Shown: in pieces, positions 1-10,556 of the stretch
Position numbering within the stretch: the stretch's first letter is position 1
Layout of the letters: each line of letters opens with the position of its first letter
Assembly: GCA_964467805.1 (NCBI GenBank)
Contig: CAYXSU010000001.1
Coordinates: forward strand, 149,261 to 213,260
DNA: 64,000 nucleotides
Reading direction: 5' to 3'
Origin: an uncultured Microbacteriaceae bacterium
GTDB taxonomy: Bacteria > Actinomycetota > Actinomycetes > Actinomycetales > Microbacteriaceae
Made by a program: the position numbers and the translations under genes
Notes under the pieces: generated by a model
Databases searched by the model: none
Told to the model about the DNA's origin: nothing
What the model saw: only the letters and a program-made list of their open reading frames with translations

Positions 1-571
1 GGTCGGGTTTGGCTGTGATCAACACCGCCTCAGATTCGAGGATGACGGGTCCGAAAATCTCAAGTCCCTGGGCACGCAAAGTTGCCCCCGTGGAGACGAC
101 ATCTGCGACTGCATCGGCAACGCCCAGTCGCACGGCTGACTCGACTGCGCCATCGAGAGACACGATGGAGGCGCTAACACCGAGGCCGGTGAGAAACTTC
201 CCCACCAAGCCGGGATAAGAGGTCGCCACCCGGAGCCCTTCAAGCGCTGACACCTCGCGAAGGGACGCCGGACCAGCAAACCGGAACGTTGAGTGGCCAA
301 ATCCGAGTGGCTCAATCTCGCTCGCTTGAGTGTTCGAATCAAGCAACAAATCTCTGCCGGTGATGCCAACATCAAGTGCGCCAGAACCCACATAGGTCGC
401 AATATCGCGGGGCCGTAGATAAAAGAACTCGGCGTTGTTGCGCGGGTCTGGGACCGTGAGAGCACGGAGGTCACGGCGCCCGGCATAGCCAGCTTCCACC
501 AGCATGTCGACGGCAGTATCCGAGAGAGTGCCCTTGTTGGGCACAGCAATCCTGAGAGGGGCTTCGGTCAT
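1..571 (-). CDS. hisG: ATP phosphoribosyltransferase (5' part; runs off window edge)
   Basis: Not in ORF track. Manual translation from ATG at 571 gives [18 protein letters not shown]...[28 protein letters not shown]...RVATSYP...[31 protein letters not shown] overlap with the hisE stop. Confidence 0.95.
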   Translation of the reverse strand, partial: MTEAPLRIAVPNKGTLSDTAVDMLVEAGYAGRRDLRALTVPDPRNNAEFFYLRPRDIATYVGSGALDVGITGRDLLLDSNTQASEIEPLGFGHSTFRFAGPASLREVSALEGLRVATSYPGLVGKFLTGLGVSASIVSLDGAVESAVRLGVADAVADVVSTGATLRAQGLEIFGPVILESEAVLITAKPD

Positions 572-831
572 AGTTTTCGATACACATCCTCGAGGGTGAG
601 CCCACGGGCCACCATCAACACCTGCAGGTGATACAGCAATTGGGAAATCTCAAGAGCGAGAGCCGCGTCGTCCTCGTGTTCAGCCGCCATCCAGACCTCG
701 GAAGCTTCTTCAACGACCTTCTTTCCAATCGCATGAACGCCGGCGTCGAGTAGTTTCACGGTGCCAGATCCCTCGGGGCGCGTGCGCTGATTGGTGCACA
801 GTTCCTCAAAAAGCGAGTCAAAAGTCTTCAC
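568..831 (-). CDS. hisE: phosphoribosyl-ATP pyrophosphatase
   Basis: MKTFDSLF...[23 protein letters not shown]...[11 protein letters not shown]; adjacent to hisG. Confidence 0.95.
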   Translation of the reverse strand: MKTFDSLFEELCTNQRTRPEGSGTVKLLDAGVHAIGKKVVEEASEVWMAAEHEDDAALALEISQLLYHLQVLMVARGLTLEDVYRKL

Positions 832-854
832 TTCTCAAGGCTACCGGGTGAAAC

Positions 855-1223
855 CTACCTAATCGCCAGTAGATCGATAACGAAGATCAGCGTGCGTCCA
901 GAGAGGCGATGCCCTCCGCCCGCAGGTCCGTACGCCCAAGCAGGTGGGCAGATCAGTTGACGCCGACCCCCGACCCTCATCCCGGGGATACCTTCCTGCC
1001 AACCGCGAACAAGCCCTTGAAGTGGGAAGGAGATGGACTCACCACGCGACCACGAGGAGTCAAACTCCTCACCGCTCTCAAAATCAACACCCACGTAGTG
1101 AACTTCAACCACGGCTCCAGGCTGGACTTCAGCACCATCCCCCACGGTCAAATCAAGTGACTCAAGCTCAAGTGGCGGTTCGCCCAGTGGTGCATCAATC
1201 TCAGGTTTAGTGGTGTTGCTCAT
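855..1223 (-). CDS. FKBP-type peptidyl-prolyl cis-trans isomerase
   Basis: VEVHYVG, FDSSWSRG, GWQEGIPGMRVGGRRQL, AYG motifs. Start placed at MSNTTKPE (1223) after an AGGAGA RBS. Confidence 0.93.
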   Translation of the reverse strand: MSNTTKPEIDAPLGEPPLELESLDLTVGDGAEVQPGAVVEVHYVGVDFESGEEFDSSWSRGESISFPLQGLVRGWQEGIPGMRVGGRRQLICPPAWAYGPAGGGHRLSGRTLIFVIDLLAIR

Positions 1224-1233
1224 GCGTTTTCTC

Positions 1234-1890
1234 CTAGTTGTCGGTTCCTGCGGCGCGAAGGGCGTCGATGTTTGCCGCAGGGTCTGTACCCGAATAGACG
1301 CTCGAGCCCGCCACAAACGTATCGGCGCCATGTCTGCGGGCGATAGGCAACGTGTCGACGGTGATACCGCCATCGACCTGCACGCGGGTGTGCAGGTTGT
1401 GGTCTGAAACATACTGGGCAACGGCATCAAGCTTGCCCATCATCTCGTGCAGAAACGGTTGCCCACCGGCTCCGGGTTCGACCGTCATGACCAGCACCAT
1501 GTCGGCCAGATGGAACATGGGGAAGTACGGTTCTGGAGGGGTTCCGGGTTTCAGCGCGATGGCGGCCTTCGCGCCCGTGTCTTGAATCGCTCGGATTGTC
1601 GCTTCGACGTCCTTGGCGGCCTCGACATGGAAAGTTACCGAGTCGGCTCCAATTTCGCCGTAGCCCGGGGCGAATCTGTCCGGGTTCTCAATCATCAGAT
1701 GAACATCAACAGGAACCGCTGCGACGCTCACAATCCGCGAAATCGTCTGCGGTCCGAAGCTGATTGAAGGGACAAAATGATTGTCCATAACATCGCAGTG
1801 CACGCCATCGGCCCTAGAGATTCTAGCAATCTCTGCCTCGAGGTTGATGAAGTCAGCCGAGAGAATGCTGGGATAGATGCGCACTGACAC
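1234..1890 (-). CDS. rpe: ribulose-phosphate 3-epimerase
   Basis: PSILSADF, HCDVMDNHFVP, DVHLMI, MTVEPG, VDGGI. Confidence 0.96.
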   Translation of the reverse strand: MSVRIYPSILSADFINLEAEIARISRADGVHCDVMDNHFVPSISFGPQTISRIVSVAAVPVDVHLMIENPDRFAPGYGEIGADSVTFHVEAAKDVEATIRAIQDTGAKAAIALKPGTPPEPYFPMFHLADMVLVMTVEPGAGGQPFLHEMMGKLDAVAQYVSDHNLHTRVQVDGGITVDTLPIARRHGADTFVAGSSVYSGTDPAANIDALRAAGTDN

Positions 1891-1899
1891 TCCCCAAGC

Positions 1900-3246
1900 T
1901 TAGACCGAGTCCTTCTTCTGGAGCAGTTGGATGAACATCGCGTCTGTGCCATGTCGGTGCGTCCACAACTGCACGGCCAGCCCCCGGCTTGAGCGGGGAA
2001 TAGGCACCCGCGTAGCGCTATTGAGTACCGCGGCGGTGTCGATGGCGACAATCCCTGGGTGTCTACGGAGCGCTTGGTCAATGACTGCGGTGGTTTCAGC
2101 GACGACCGGAGAACACGTCACGTAGGCCAAAACCCCGCCGGGGGCAAGGGATTTAAGCCCGGCATCGAGTAGCTCTGTCTGCAGGGTCGTCAACTCGGCA
2201 AGCGATTCAGGGTGTTTCCGCCACCTGGCCTCGGGCCTGCGTCTGAGAGCCCCCAGCCCTGAGCACGGGGCATCGAGCAGAATCCTGGAGTATGTCCCAG
2301 GAATATCCCGACTATCGCCTTCAATGACTCGGACCGTGTGTGGGTCGATCGCAGTTATGGCGCGAATCGAGTCTTGGACGAGTCGGACACGATGAGGCAC
2401 AACCTCCATCGCGGTCACGGTGTGACCATGTGCCAGTGCGGTGGCTGCAAGTACCGCGGTTTTGCCCCCGGGGCCCGCACACATGTCCAAGAAAGTAGCG
2501 CCGGAGTCGATTGGGGCAGCGGCTAGGAGCGCCAACGCGGCCAACTGTGACCCTTCGTCCTGCACCCGGGCTGTGCCCGCGGACACCCGCACATCGGTCG
2601 CGGGGTCACCACCGGCCAGCGTCACACCCCAGGGTGAGAACGCAGTCCGCTGGTCGTCTTCGTCGCTCGTGCTGAGCCCTGGCAGGCACACAAGACACAC
2701 CAGGGGTGGCTGGTTGTTTGCCACGAGCGCGTCGGTGAGCTCGCTGGCATCTCCGGTCTGCGCGAGGGCGGCCTCAATTTCCCGCGCAATCCAGGCCGGG
2801 TGAGATTCCTCTACGTCCCCGGCCGACCGAATGACCTCCAACCAGTGCTCGAGAGATTGTCGGGAGACGGAGCGAAGCACGCCGTTGATAAATCCAGAGG
2901 CCCTGCCAAGCCCGTGAGACTTCGCGTAATTGACGCTTTCGTCCACCGCGGCGTGGCCTGGAACCCGCAGGAACAGCAACTGGTACACGCCAAGCCGCAG
3001 GACCTCGAGAACGTCGTGGTCGATCTCAGCCGTTGGCCGCTGGGCAGCTTCTACTACCACGGTGTCTAACTCTCCCTGACGGCGCAGGCTGCCATAGACC
3101 AACTCCGTGACGAAACCGCGATCTCTGGCGTCGAGACCTGAGTTGGCTAGTGCTGAAGGGAGTGCCAGGTTTGCGTAGGCGCCCCCGTGGTTCACCGCCC
3201 TCAGAACGTCGAGCGCCAGGGCCCTAGTGTCACTCCCGCGGGACAT
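1900..3246 (-). CDS. rsmB: 16S rRNA m5C methyltransferase RsmB/Sun (NusB-like N-terminal domain)
   Basis: VQDEGSQL, DMCAGPGGKT, LLDAPCSGLG, YVTCS; start MSRGSD at 3246. Confidence 0.92.
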   Translation of the reverse strand: MSRGSDTRALALDVLRAVNHGGAYANLALPSALANSGLDARDRGFVTELVYGSLRRQGELDTVVVEAAQRPTAEIDHDVLEVLRLGVYQLLFLRVPGHAAVDESVNYAKSHGLGRASGFINGVLRSVSRQSLEHWLEVIRSAGDVEESHPAWIAREIEAALAQTGDASELTDALVANNQPPLVCLVCLPGLSTSDEDDQRTAFSPWGVTLAGGDPATDVRVSAGTARVQDEGSQLAALALLAAAPIDSGATFLDMCAGPGGKTAVLAATALAHGHTVTAMEVVPHRVRLVQDSIRAITAIDPHTVRVIEGDSRDIPGTYSRILLDAPCSGLGALRRRPEARWRKHPESLAELTTLQTELLDAGLKSLAPGGVLAYVTCSPVVAETTAVIDQALRRHPGIVAIDTAAVLNSATRVPIPRSSRGLAVQLWTHRHGTDAMFIQLLQKKDSV

Positions 3247-4159
3247 CGATGCGCACCCCTTCTGGCAGTCCGCGGAACCAATCCGTGGCGGCCATGGGCT
3301 TTTTGCCGGCCGGGTGAACGCGTTCCAGAACAAAGGGAACGCTGCCTGTCCCGACCAGTATGCCCACAGGAGCCTTCAGCAACTCTCCTGGCTCGAGAGG
3401 ATGAAAGTCCGGGTCCACCCAGCCGGAGAGCACCTTCACCGTGGCACCGGTGTCGGCTCGGCGCAGGAAGGCGCCGGGCTCAGGCGTAACAGCTCGGAAG
3501 TGACGATAGACCTCTGAAACCTCTGTCCGGAGATCGAGGTGACCAAACCCAGAGGGGAGCTTCGGTGCATAGATTGCCTCTCCAACCTGCTCGGTGAGTG
3601 TGGCATTGGCAGAGTGACCGTGGTTCAAGAAGTCCAATACAAGTCCCGGTGCGACCAGCGAAAGCTTGTGCAAAAGCGTGCCCGCAGTGTCGTGTGGGTT
3701 GACTGGATGTGACACTGCCGCGGCAACAGGCCCTGCGTCGAGCTCGGGAACAATTCGAAACAGGGTGATACCCGTTTCTGTATCGCCTGCGAGGATGGCG
3801 TGCTGAACCGGCGCGGCTCCACGCCACCTGGGCAGAAGTGAAAAATGGACGTTCCACCAGCCTCCCGAAATGGACTCCAGGGATGGTTGATCGAGGATGC
3901 GACCGTAGGCCACAACGACCGCGACATCGGGCGAGAACTCAACAACCAGGTCTAGCAGTTCAGCAGGAGAATCGGGCGTCCGGAGTGCTAAACCATGTTC
4001 GAGCGCGTAGGAGCCAACCGCGGTGGGAACTAGCTCCTGCTTCCGTCCCACAGGTGCAGGTGGCTGGGTGACCACCCCGACAACGGTGTGATCACTCTCG
4101 TGGAGAGCACGCAACGTAGGCAGTGCCACATCCGGGCTTCCAGCAAAGAGGACCTTCAT
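3230..4159 (-). CDS. fmt: methionyl-tRNA formyltransferase
   Basis: VVAYG, NVHFSLLPRWRGAAPVQHAI, ELDAGP; start MKVLFAG at 4159. Confidence 0.95.
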   Translation of the reverse strand: MKVLFAGSPDVALPTLRALHESDHTVVGVVTQPPAPVGRKQELVPTAVGSYALEHGLALRTPDSPAELLDLVVEFSPDVAVVVAYGRILDQPSLESISGGWWNVHFSLLPRWRGAAPVQHAILAGDTETGITLFRIVPELDAGPVAAAVSHPVNPHDTAGTLLHKLSLVAPGLVLDFLNHGHSANATLTEQVGEAIYAPKLPSGFGHLDLRTEVSEVYRHFRAVTPEPGAFLRRADTGATVKVLSGWVDPDFHPLEPGELLKAPVGILVGTGSVPFVLERVHPAGKKPMAATDWFRGLPEGVRIDVPRE

Positions 4160-4195
4160 CTCAGTGAGCCTATCCACCAGGCCCAGCTTCGTCCG

Positions 4196-6154
4196 CTAAG
4201 AACTAGTGAACTCATCGAGTTGGCCGACATCATCAACAACAATCCGCACCCGATCAGGAACGCCTCGACGCTGTCGCGATATGTAGCTCAGGTGCTGCGC
4301 TCTCAGCTCGGCGGTGACGCGGTCGCCCACCGAATAGGGGAACCGGACAATGATCCGACCAATCCCGTCTCCCAGACCGACAGGACCGAGCACATCCACG
4401 GTTTTCTCGAGGGCAGCTACGTTTCGACCGATCTCGGCAATTGCCATTGAGGGGCCGCTAACGCTCGCCAGCCTAATTGGGGGCGGAAGACGCAGTTTTT
4501 CACGCTGACGCAGCTCGCTGGCCATCAGGGGGCCATATTTGCCAGAAGCCACCGCTAGGGCTGTTTGCCCCTCAACTTCAGTGAGAAACACGGTTCCCTT
4601 TGGATGCAGCAGCGAGATTGCGTGCTCCCAGTGCAATACAGCGTCTTCGAGCGCGCCCAGGCTCTCTCGCGAGAGCATGGCCTGTCCATCCAGCAGCAGC
4701 GCCGCACGGTATCCGCCCTTGGCAAGTGGTTCCGATCCTCTCGTAGCGACCACAATGGCCGGCTGGTCCGGCACGGTCCAAACGCGGTGCTGACCATCCG
4801 ATTGGATGACAGGAACCCGGGGAAAAGCCTTCCCAAAATCGCTCACAGTACGACCAATGCCCTGTCCCCTCGGGACCATCACACTGTGATCGCAGCGTTC
4901 GCAGCGCCACCTCGCGTAAAGTGTCGCGCACCAAGCGCAGGATGGTGGCGCGCTTCTGGTGCCGAGGCGAAGAGGGCCGTGGCATCGAACACAGAGACCC
5001 CGTTCCCCACACTGTGCGCAGGCCAAGGCAGAGGAATAGCCTGCACGAAAAACTTGGACCAACACTGGGCCCTTCGCGAGGGCCTCGGTTGCTCCTTGAT
5101 GGGCGATGCTAGGAAGCCGTGCCGGACGCAAGTCCTGCTCGGCATTGACGCTGAGTGCCGTGGGTACCACCTGTGGACGTTTGGCCTTCTGTGGCTCAAG
5201 CAGTCCGAGAAAGCCCATAATCTGAAGCCGCCACGCGCTCATGCTGGGCGTTATGCCAGCGAAGACCAGAGCGCATCCGCTCAGCTGCGCTCGCACCAAA
5301 GCGACGCTGCGTGTGTGGGGGTAGGGCGCTAATGGTTCACGGTGCGCATCGTCCCCGTCGTCGACCACAACGAGCAAACGAAGGTTCGATACCGGTGCAT
5401 ACACAGCATGCCGGCTGCCAACCACCACTACAGGTTGGCCCGAGAGACAGCGAAGGAACTCGGTGTATCGTTCGGAGCCGACCTGGTCGCTGTCCCACAC
5501 AACGATGTTGGCTGCGGATACAACCTCGCGCAGTGCTTGGTGGTGTGCGTCAAGATCACGCCAATCGGGAACCACGATTACAGCCGAACCACCTGCAGAA
5601 AGCGCACGAGCCGCGAGCTGTGCGACCACGGTGGCACCTCTGGGACGTGGCACGCCCGATGGGCTGTGGTCCACGCCCCAGGGCGTGGTGAGCGCCCATT
5701 TCGCTCCGTGAACCACGAGATTGTCCAACTGTTCGTCGGTATATTCCGGGATGCTCTCCACGTGGCAGCTCGGTGGGTCGACCTCGTCCGGGCGTTGAAC
5801 CCAGAGCTTTTCGGCTCTCACGTAGCGGGGTGGAATGGCTAAACGCAGAACGTCAGCGGCATTACCGGCGTGACGATCTGCCACCGCTCGTGCGAGTGTC
5901 CAGATCTCCGGTGTGAGCACCGGCAGAGTGGATACGACCTCTCCGAGAGGAGCCAGTTTTCCAGAGTGTTCGCTCTGACTACCAACCTCGACGACAAAAC
6001 CCGTTGCGTTTCTCTGCGTGGAACGAAGAGGCACCTTCACCCGAACGCCTGCCTCAACGTGCATTCCCTCGGGGATGCTGTAGTCGAACAGGCGGTCGAG
6101 CTGTGGAAGTCTGCTCTCGAGGACTACCCTCGCAACACTAGGTTTGTTGCTCAC
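4196..6154 (-). CDS. priA: primosomal protein N' (actinobacterial type)
   Basis: [11 protein letters not shown]-terminus, four CxxC zinc motifs, metK-priA-fmt synteny. Confidence 0.9.
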   Translation of the reverse strand: MSNKPSVARVVLESRLPQLDRLFDYSIPEGMHVEAGVRVKVPLRSTQRNATGFVVEVGSQSEHSGKLAPLGEVVSTLPVLTPEIWTLARAVADRHAGNAADVLRLAIPPRYVRAEKLWVQRPDEVDPPSCHVESIPEYTDEQLDNLVVHGAKWALTTPWGVDHSPSGVPRPRGATVVAQLAARALSAGGSAVIVVPDWRDLDAHHQALREVVSAANIVVWDSDQVGSERYTEFLRCLSGQPVVVVGSRHAVYAPVSNLRLLVVVDDGDDAHREPLAPYPHTRSVALVRAQLSGCALVFAGITPSMSAWRLQIMGFLGLLEPQKAKRPQVVPTALSVNAEQDLRPARLPSIAHQGATEALAKGPVLVQVFRAGYSSALACAQCGERGLCVRCHGPLRLGTRSAPPSCAWCATLYARWRCERCDHSVMVPRGQGIGRTVSDFGKAFPRVPVIQSDGQHRVWTVPDQPAIVVATRGSEPLAKGGYRAALLLDGQAMLSRESLGALEDAVLHWEHAISLLHPKGTVFLTEVEGQTALAVASGKYGPLMASELRQREKLRLPPPIRLASVSGPSMAIAEIGRNVAALEKTVDVLGPVGLGDGIGRIIVRFPYSVGDRVTAELRAQHLSYISRQRRGVPDRVRIVVDDVGQLDEFTSS

Positions 6155-7335
6155 AATCCACTAGCTTGGCGCAACTCCTCGGTTCGGTTAAGTCGCTCCC
6201 ACGGGAAATCTTGGTCGGTGCGGCCAAAATGCCCGTATGCAGCCGTTGGGAGATAGGACGTGGTGAGCAGATCAAGGGCCTCAATGATGGCCTGCGGGCG
6301 GAGGTCGAAGACATTGTCAATCGCCCTCTCGATGGTCAGAGTGTCGACTTTCTCCGTACCAAAGGTCTCTACGAAGATGCTGACCGGGTGCGCGGTGCCG
6401 ATGGCGTAGGAGACCTGAATCTCCACGGTGTCAGCAAGGCCAGCTGCGACGACATTTTTCGCAACCCAACGGAGCGCGTACGCCGCGGAACGGTCGACCT
6501 TTGTGGGGTCTTTTCCGCTGAAGGCACCACCACCGTGACGGGCGGCACCTCCGTAAGTGTCCACGATGATTTTCCGGCCCGTGAGACCGGCGTCTCCATC
6601 CGGGCCACCTGTCACGAAAGCGCCGGATGGATTGATCAGATAACGGGTCTTCGATGCATCAAGACCGAGCGGTTCGATGATCGGGTTGATGACGTGCTTC
6701 TTCAAATCCGCTTCAATCTGATCCCGCGTCACGCCCGGGTGATGCTGGGTAGAAATCACAATCGTGTTCAGCTCCACCGGCTTACCGTTTTCATACCCAA
6801 TGGTGACCTGAGTCTTTCCATCGGGTCGCAAGTACTCAATACGGCCACTCTTACGGGCTTTTGATAGCCCTTCCGCGAGCCGGTGGGCCAACCACAGCGG
6901 CATAGGCATGAAAGCATCGGTCTCGCGCGTCGCATAGCCAAACATGATGCCCTGGTCGCCCGCCCCAAGTGAATCGTAGGGGTCGGTGGAAGATCCCTCA
7001 CGCTGCTCGAGGGATTGATTCACGCCGTGGGCGATATCCGGTGACTGCTGACCGAGAGAAAGGTGCCAATCGAAGCCGTCTGCATCGATGCCAAAAGATT
7101 GCTCGGTGTAACCAATTGAACGCACGAGGTCACGGACCACCTTCTCGACGTCGACCTTGGCGGCGGAGGTGACCTCACCGGCGACGTGAATCATGTTTCC
7201 GGCGCTGAGTGACTCGATTGCGCATCGGGAACCCTTGTCACCGGCCAAGAAGGCATCGAGGAGTGCGTCACTAATCTGGTCGCACATCTTGTCGGGGTGG
7301 CCTTCGGTCACTGATTCCGAAGAGAAATAACGCAT
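6151..7335 (-). CDS. metK: S-adenosylmethionine synthetase
   Basis: [36 protein letters not shown]. Confidence 0.97.
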   Translation of the reverse strand: MRYFSSESVTEGHPDKMCDQISDALLDAFLAGDKGSRCAIESLSAGNMIHVAGEVTSAAKVDVEKVVRDLVRSIGYTEQSFGIDADGFDWHLSLGQQSPDIAHGVNQSLEQREGSSTDPYDSLGAGDQGIMFGYATRETDAFMPMPLWLAHRLAEGLSKARKSGRIEYLRPDGKTQVTIGYENGKPVELNTIVISTQHHPGVTRDQIEADLKKHVINPIIEPLGLDASKTRYLINPSGAFVTGGPDGDAGLTGRKIIVDTYGGAARHGGGAFSGKDPTKVDRSAAYALRWVAKNVVAAGLADTVEIQVSYAIGTAHPVSIFVETFGTEKVDTLTIERAIDNVFDLRPQAIIEALDLLTTSYLPTAAYGHFGRTDQDFPWERLNRTEELRQASGL

Positions 7336-7344
7336 GAGCCCTGC

Positions 7345-8559
7345 CTATCGGTCTTGCAGAACCTCCAGGAGGCGGTCTGCGATGGAAGATTTCGTTCCTT
7401 CGACCAACAATGACTGCGGGCTCGCGTTCACAAAAATTGTCACTGCCGTTTCGACGTCCCCAAAGCCTACCTCGTCACCCACGTGGTTGAGAAGAATGAA
7501 GTCCGCTTTTTTCGAGGAGAGCTTCTCGCGGGCGTTTTGCTCTCGCACCGCCGAGTCACTCGCAGTTTCGGCAGCGAATCCGACAAGCACCTGACCAGGA
7601 CGTTTTGCTTCGCCGAGTTCCGCGAGGATGTCTGGTGCTCGCACGAGTGTGGGCGCCCAGGTCTCGCCCACATCACGCTTGCTCACCTTCGACGCCGAAA
7701 CGTGTTCAGGGATCCAGTCGGCTACTGCGGCAGCCATGATGATCACATCCGCCTCGGTCGCATGGTCCAGCATGGCCTGCCTCATGGAAGCCACAGTGCC
7801 GGCAGGAATGCTCACGAGCCCGGAGGGCACGGCCAACTCTAGGTTGGCATGAACAAGCGTCACAGCGGCTCCTTGCTGCGCTGCAGCACGCGCTATCGCG
7901 ACGCCCATCGCACCGGAGGAGCGGTTTCCGATAAATCGAACCGGATCAAGCGCTTCGCGGGTCCCTCCGGCGGATACGAGGACCTTTCGACCCGCCCACA
8001 GCTGAGGACGCAACAACGCGAACGCCCGCGCAGCGATGTCCTCGGGCTCCGCCATCCGTCCTAGGCCGGTGTCTCCGCCGGTCAACTCTCCGGCCACCGG
8101 ACCGACAAAGTGAGCCCCGCGTTCACCAAGGACGCCGACGTTGTGTGCGACTGCAGCGTTCTCCCACATCTCTGAATGCATAGCGGGTGCGATCAACAAA
8201 GGTGCCGTGCTTGCCAACACAGTGGTCCCCAGAAGGTCTCCGGCAAACCCACCAGCGAGTTGGGCCAGCGCGTGAGCGGTCGCGGGGGCAATGATGATGA
8301 GGTCAGCGCGCTGTCCGAGCGCCACGTGCCGAACTTCCGCAACGCCATCAAACAGACCAGGGTGGACCGGGTTACGCGAAATCGCCTCCCACGTTGGCAG
8401 ACCAACAAACTTAAGCGCCGAGGCCGTCGGAATCACCGTGACATGCGCACCGCCGCGCACCAGCTCACGAATTAGCGTGACGGCCTTATACGCTGCGATG
8501 CCGCCGGTCACTCCTACAACAATCGAGGGAGCTCTCATCGCCTGATCGGCGTGTGGCAT
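7345..8559 (-). CDS. coaBC: bifunctional phosphopantothenoylcysteine decarboxylase/ligase
   Basis: GVTGGIAAYK, PAMHSEMW, GGTREALDPVRFIGNRSSG, GFAAET; start approximate. Confidence 0.95.
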   Translation of the reverse strand: MPHADQAMRAPSIVVGVTGGIAAYKAVTLIRELVRGGAHVTVIPTASALKFVGLPTWEAISRNPVHPGLFDGVAEVRHVALGQRADLIIIAPATAHALAQLAGGFAGDLLGTTVLASTAPLLIAPAMHSEMWENAAVAHNVGVLGERGAHFVGPVAGELTGGDTGLGRMAEPEDIAARAFALLRPQLWAGRKVLVSAGGTREALDPVRFIGNRSSGAMGVAIARAAAQQGAAVTLVHANLELAVPSGLVSIPAGTVASMRQAMLDHATEADVIIMAAAVADWIPEHVSASKVSKRDVGETWAPTLVRAPDILAELGEAKRPGQVLVGFAAETASDSAVREQNAREKLSSKKADFILLNHVGDEVGFGDVETAVTIFVNASPQSLLVEGTKSSIADRLLEVLQDR

Positions 8560-8563
8560 GGGA

Positions 8564-8821
8564 TCAGGAGGTCGCGCGGTGGAGAACCAGCTTGCCCTCG
8601 TTGATTTCACGAAGAGCGATGCTGAGGGACTTTTCATCCATCGTGGATGGTACGAGGGGGCCGACGTGGTCGTAAAGATTTCCATCGCCAAGGTCGGAGT
8701 AGTACTCGTTGATTTGGCGCGCACGCTTGGAAGCGAAAATCACCAGCTGATACTTCGAGTCAACAGTCGTCAAAAGCTCATCGATAGGGGGCCTAATGAT
8801 TCCGTCGCGGTGCAGGGACAT
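8564..8821 (-). CDS. rpoZ: RNA polymerase omega subunit
   Basis: PPIDELL...[17 protein letters not shown]...[11 protein letters not shown]; AAGGAG 5 nt before the ATG. Confidence 0.96.
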   Translation of the reverse strand: MSLHRDGIIRPPIDELLTTVDSKYQLVIFASKRARQINEYYSDLGDGNLYDHVGPLVPSTMDEKSLSIALREINEGKLVLHRATS

Positions 8822-8823
8822 AC

Positions 8824-9732
8824 TCACTCCTTGTTGGGCGCCGTCGAGGTCGACGCAATGACCAAGTCTACGATGGTTTGGGCGGCAACGTCCACGCGTT
8901 CGTTCACCACCAGGTGGTCACACTCCCCCGCCGCGGCCAATTCCGATTGGGCTGTAGCGAGGCGAACAGCGCGCTCCACGTCACTCTCTGTCCCCCGGTG
9001 GGCCAACCTGCGCTCAAGTTCCTCGAAGCTTGGTGGCGCGACGAAGATGCTGATTGCGCTCCTCATGGAGCGTTTGACCTGCCTTGCGCCCTGGATGTCG
9101 ATTTCCAGGATCACATTCAACCCGGCGTCCATTTGGGCCTCGACAGCGTCTCTCGGAGTGCCGTAACGGTGCACACCGTGAACGCTCGCCCACTCCAGGA
9201 GTTCACCGCCTCTCACCAGTCGATCAAAGTGCGGGTCGGAGACGAAAAAGTAGTGAATACCTTCGACCTCACCAGCTCTAGGAGGCCTCGTCGTTGCCGA
9301 CACACTGACCACAAACCGCGAATCATGCTCTGTGATCCACGACACGATGGTTCCCTTACCAACACCAGAGGGCCCCACCAGTATGACAAGTTGACCTCTG
9401 GCCCCGGGGAAGTAGCGTCGATAAAGAGCAACGACCTCGCGACGCAAAGCAGAACGCTGTCGCACTCGTAACCCTCCGAGAGTCGCTCTCGGATTGATTT
9501 CCAAGCCCGCGAGAAGGCGACTGGCTTTAGTCACACCAAACCCAGGAATCGAGCGCAAAAACCATTCGACCCGGAGGCCAGACAGCACAGCCTCACAGTC
9601 AGGCTCCGCTGCTCGATCAAAAAGTTCGATGAGGGAGTGTCTTCCCTCAGCTATTTCGGCTTTCAACTGAGCTCTGGCTCTGCGCAGAGCAGCGCCCTTT
9701 GCCGAGAGTGTCTTAGCGTCGAACCCCGTCAC
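8824..9732 (-). CDS. gmk: guanylate kinase with N-terminal mIHF/sIHF-like (H2TH) DNA-binding domain
   Basis: C-terminal [43 protein letters not shown]-terminal ~100 aa RRARAQLK...[18 protein letters not shown]...LEI...LGGL..RQR resembles actinobacterial IHF. Confidence 0.93.
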   Translation of the reverse strand: MTGFDAKTLSAKGAALRRARAQLKAEIAEGRHSLIELFDRAAEPDCEAVLSGLRVEWFLRSIPGFGVTKASRLLAGLEINPRATLGGLRVRQRSALRREVVALYRRYFPGARGQLVILVGPSGVGKGTIVSWITEHDSRFVVSVSATTRPPRAGEVEGIHYFFVSDPHFDRLVRGGELLEWASVHGVHRYGTPRDAVEAQMDAGLNVILEIDIQGARQVKRSMRSAISIFVAPPSFEELERRLAHRGTESDVERAVRLATAQSELAAAGECDHLVVNERVDVAAQTIVDLVIASTSTAPNKE

Positions 9733-10556
9733 GCAGCTGCCACCTCGGCCAGCGCGCGCTCCAGTGTCTTCACGAAACCATCGGGACCGGCCTGCAACAC
9801 TGAGCGCGCCACCACTGGGAGAACGTGGTTGCAGCCTGCGAACGACTCGCTAACAGAAGCTAGATTGGCTCCTTGCGCGCCGTAACCGGGGACAAGAACC
9901 GGCATCGACGGATACGAGGCCACATCCACACCTATGGTCTCGTGGTCGATCGTTGCGCCGACAACAACACCGTAGTTCTGCTGAGACGCTCCGGTGGTAC
10001 GGACCCAGTCATTCAGGTCAGACAAAACCCCTCCCGCTACGGTTCGACCGTCCCGCCGCTTGGCGCTCTGCGTCACGAGCGCCTCAGCATTGGATGTCGC
10101 CGCCAGAACGAAAACGCCCTTGTCGTGACTGTGTGCTCGCTCCAGTGCTGGCTCTAGGGCTCCGAGGCCCTGGAACGGCACTACCGTCAGCGCATCAACC
10201 TCAAAATCTGAACCTGGTCGTAGCCAGGCGTCGGCGTAACCTTCCATCGTGGAACCGATGTCTCCGCGCTTTGCATCGCCAATAACCAACACGCCGCTCT
10301 GGCGAAGGGCCCCGATCAGCGACGACAGCACAGACATTCCCGCCACACCGGCTCGCTCAAAGAGTGCAACCTGGGGCTTAGCCACCCGGACACCGGCTGT
10401 GCCCAGCGCGCTCGCCACCAATTGTGACCAACTGTCGAGACCTTTGGCCGTGTCCTCGAAGCCCCAGGATGTGAGAAGCGAGGGGTGAGGGTCAATACCC
10501 ACACACAACACAGGACCAGATGCGGTGAGCGCACCGAGCCGAGCGGCATAGGACAT
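9729..10556 (-). CDS. pyrF: orotidine-5'-phosphate decarboxylase
   Basis: LCVGIDP, KPQVALFE, DAKRGDIGST, PGYGAQG. Confidence 0.95.
   Translation of the reverse strand: MSYAARLGALTASGPVLCVGIDPHPSLLTSWGFEDTAKGLDSWSQLVASALGTAGVRVAKPQVALFERAGVAGMSVLSSLIGALRQSGVLVIGDAKRGDIGSTMEGYADAWLRPGSDFEVDALTVVPFQGLGALEPALERAHSHDKGVFVLAATSNAEALVTQSAKRRDGRTVAGGVLSDLNDWVRTTGASQQNYGVVVGATIDHETIGVDVASYPSMPVLVPGYGAQGANLASVSESFAGCNHVLPVVARSVLQAGPDGFVKTLERALAEVAAA

Noticed and set aside
4196-6154. PriA lacking canonical Walker A and DExH motifs
   Set aside because: Degenerate helicase motifs are usual in actinobacterial PriA; not a pseudogene
8040-8200. CoaBC lacking the Cys of the ACGxxG motif (GELTGGDTG) and with PAMH instead of PAMN
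   Set aside because: Matches the normal actinobacterial CoaBC pattern
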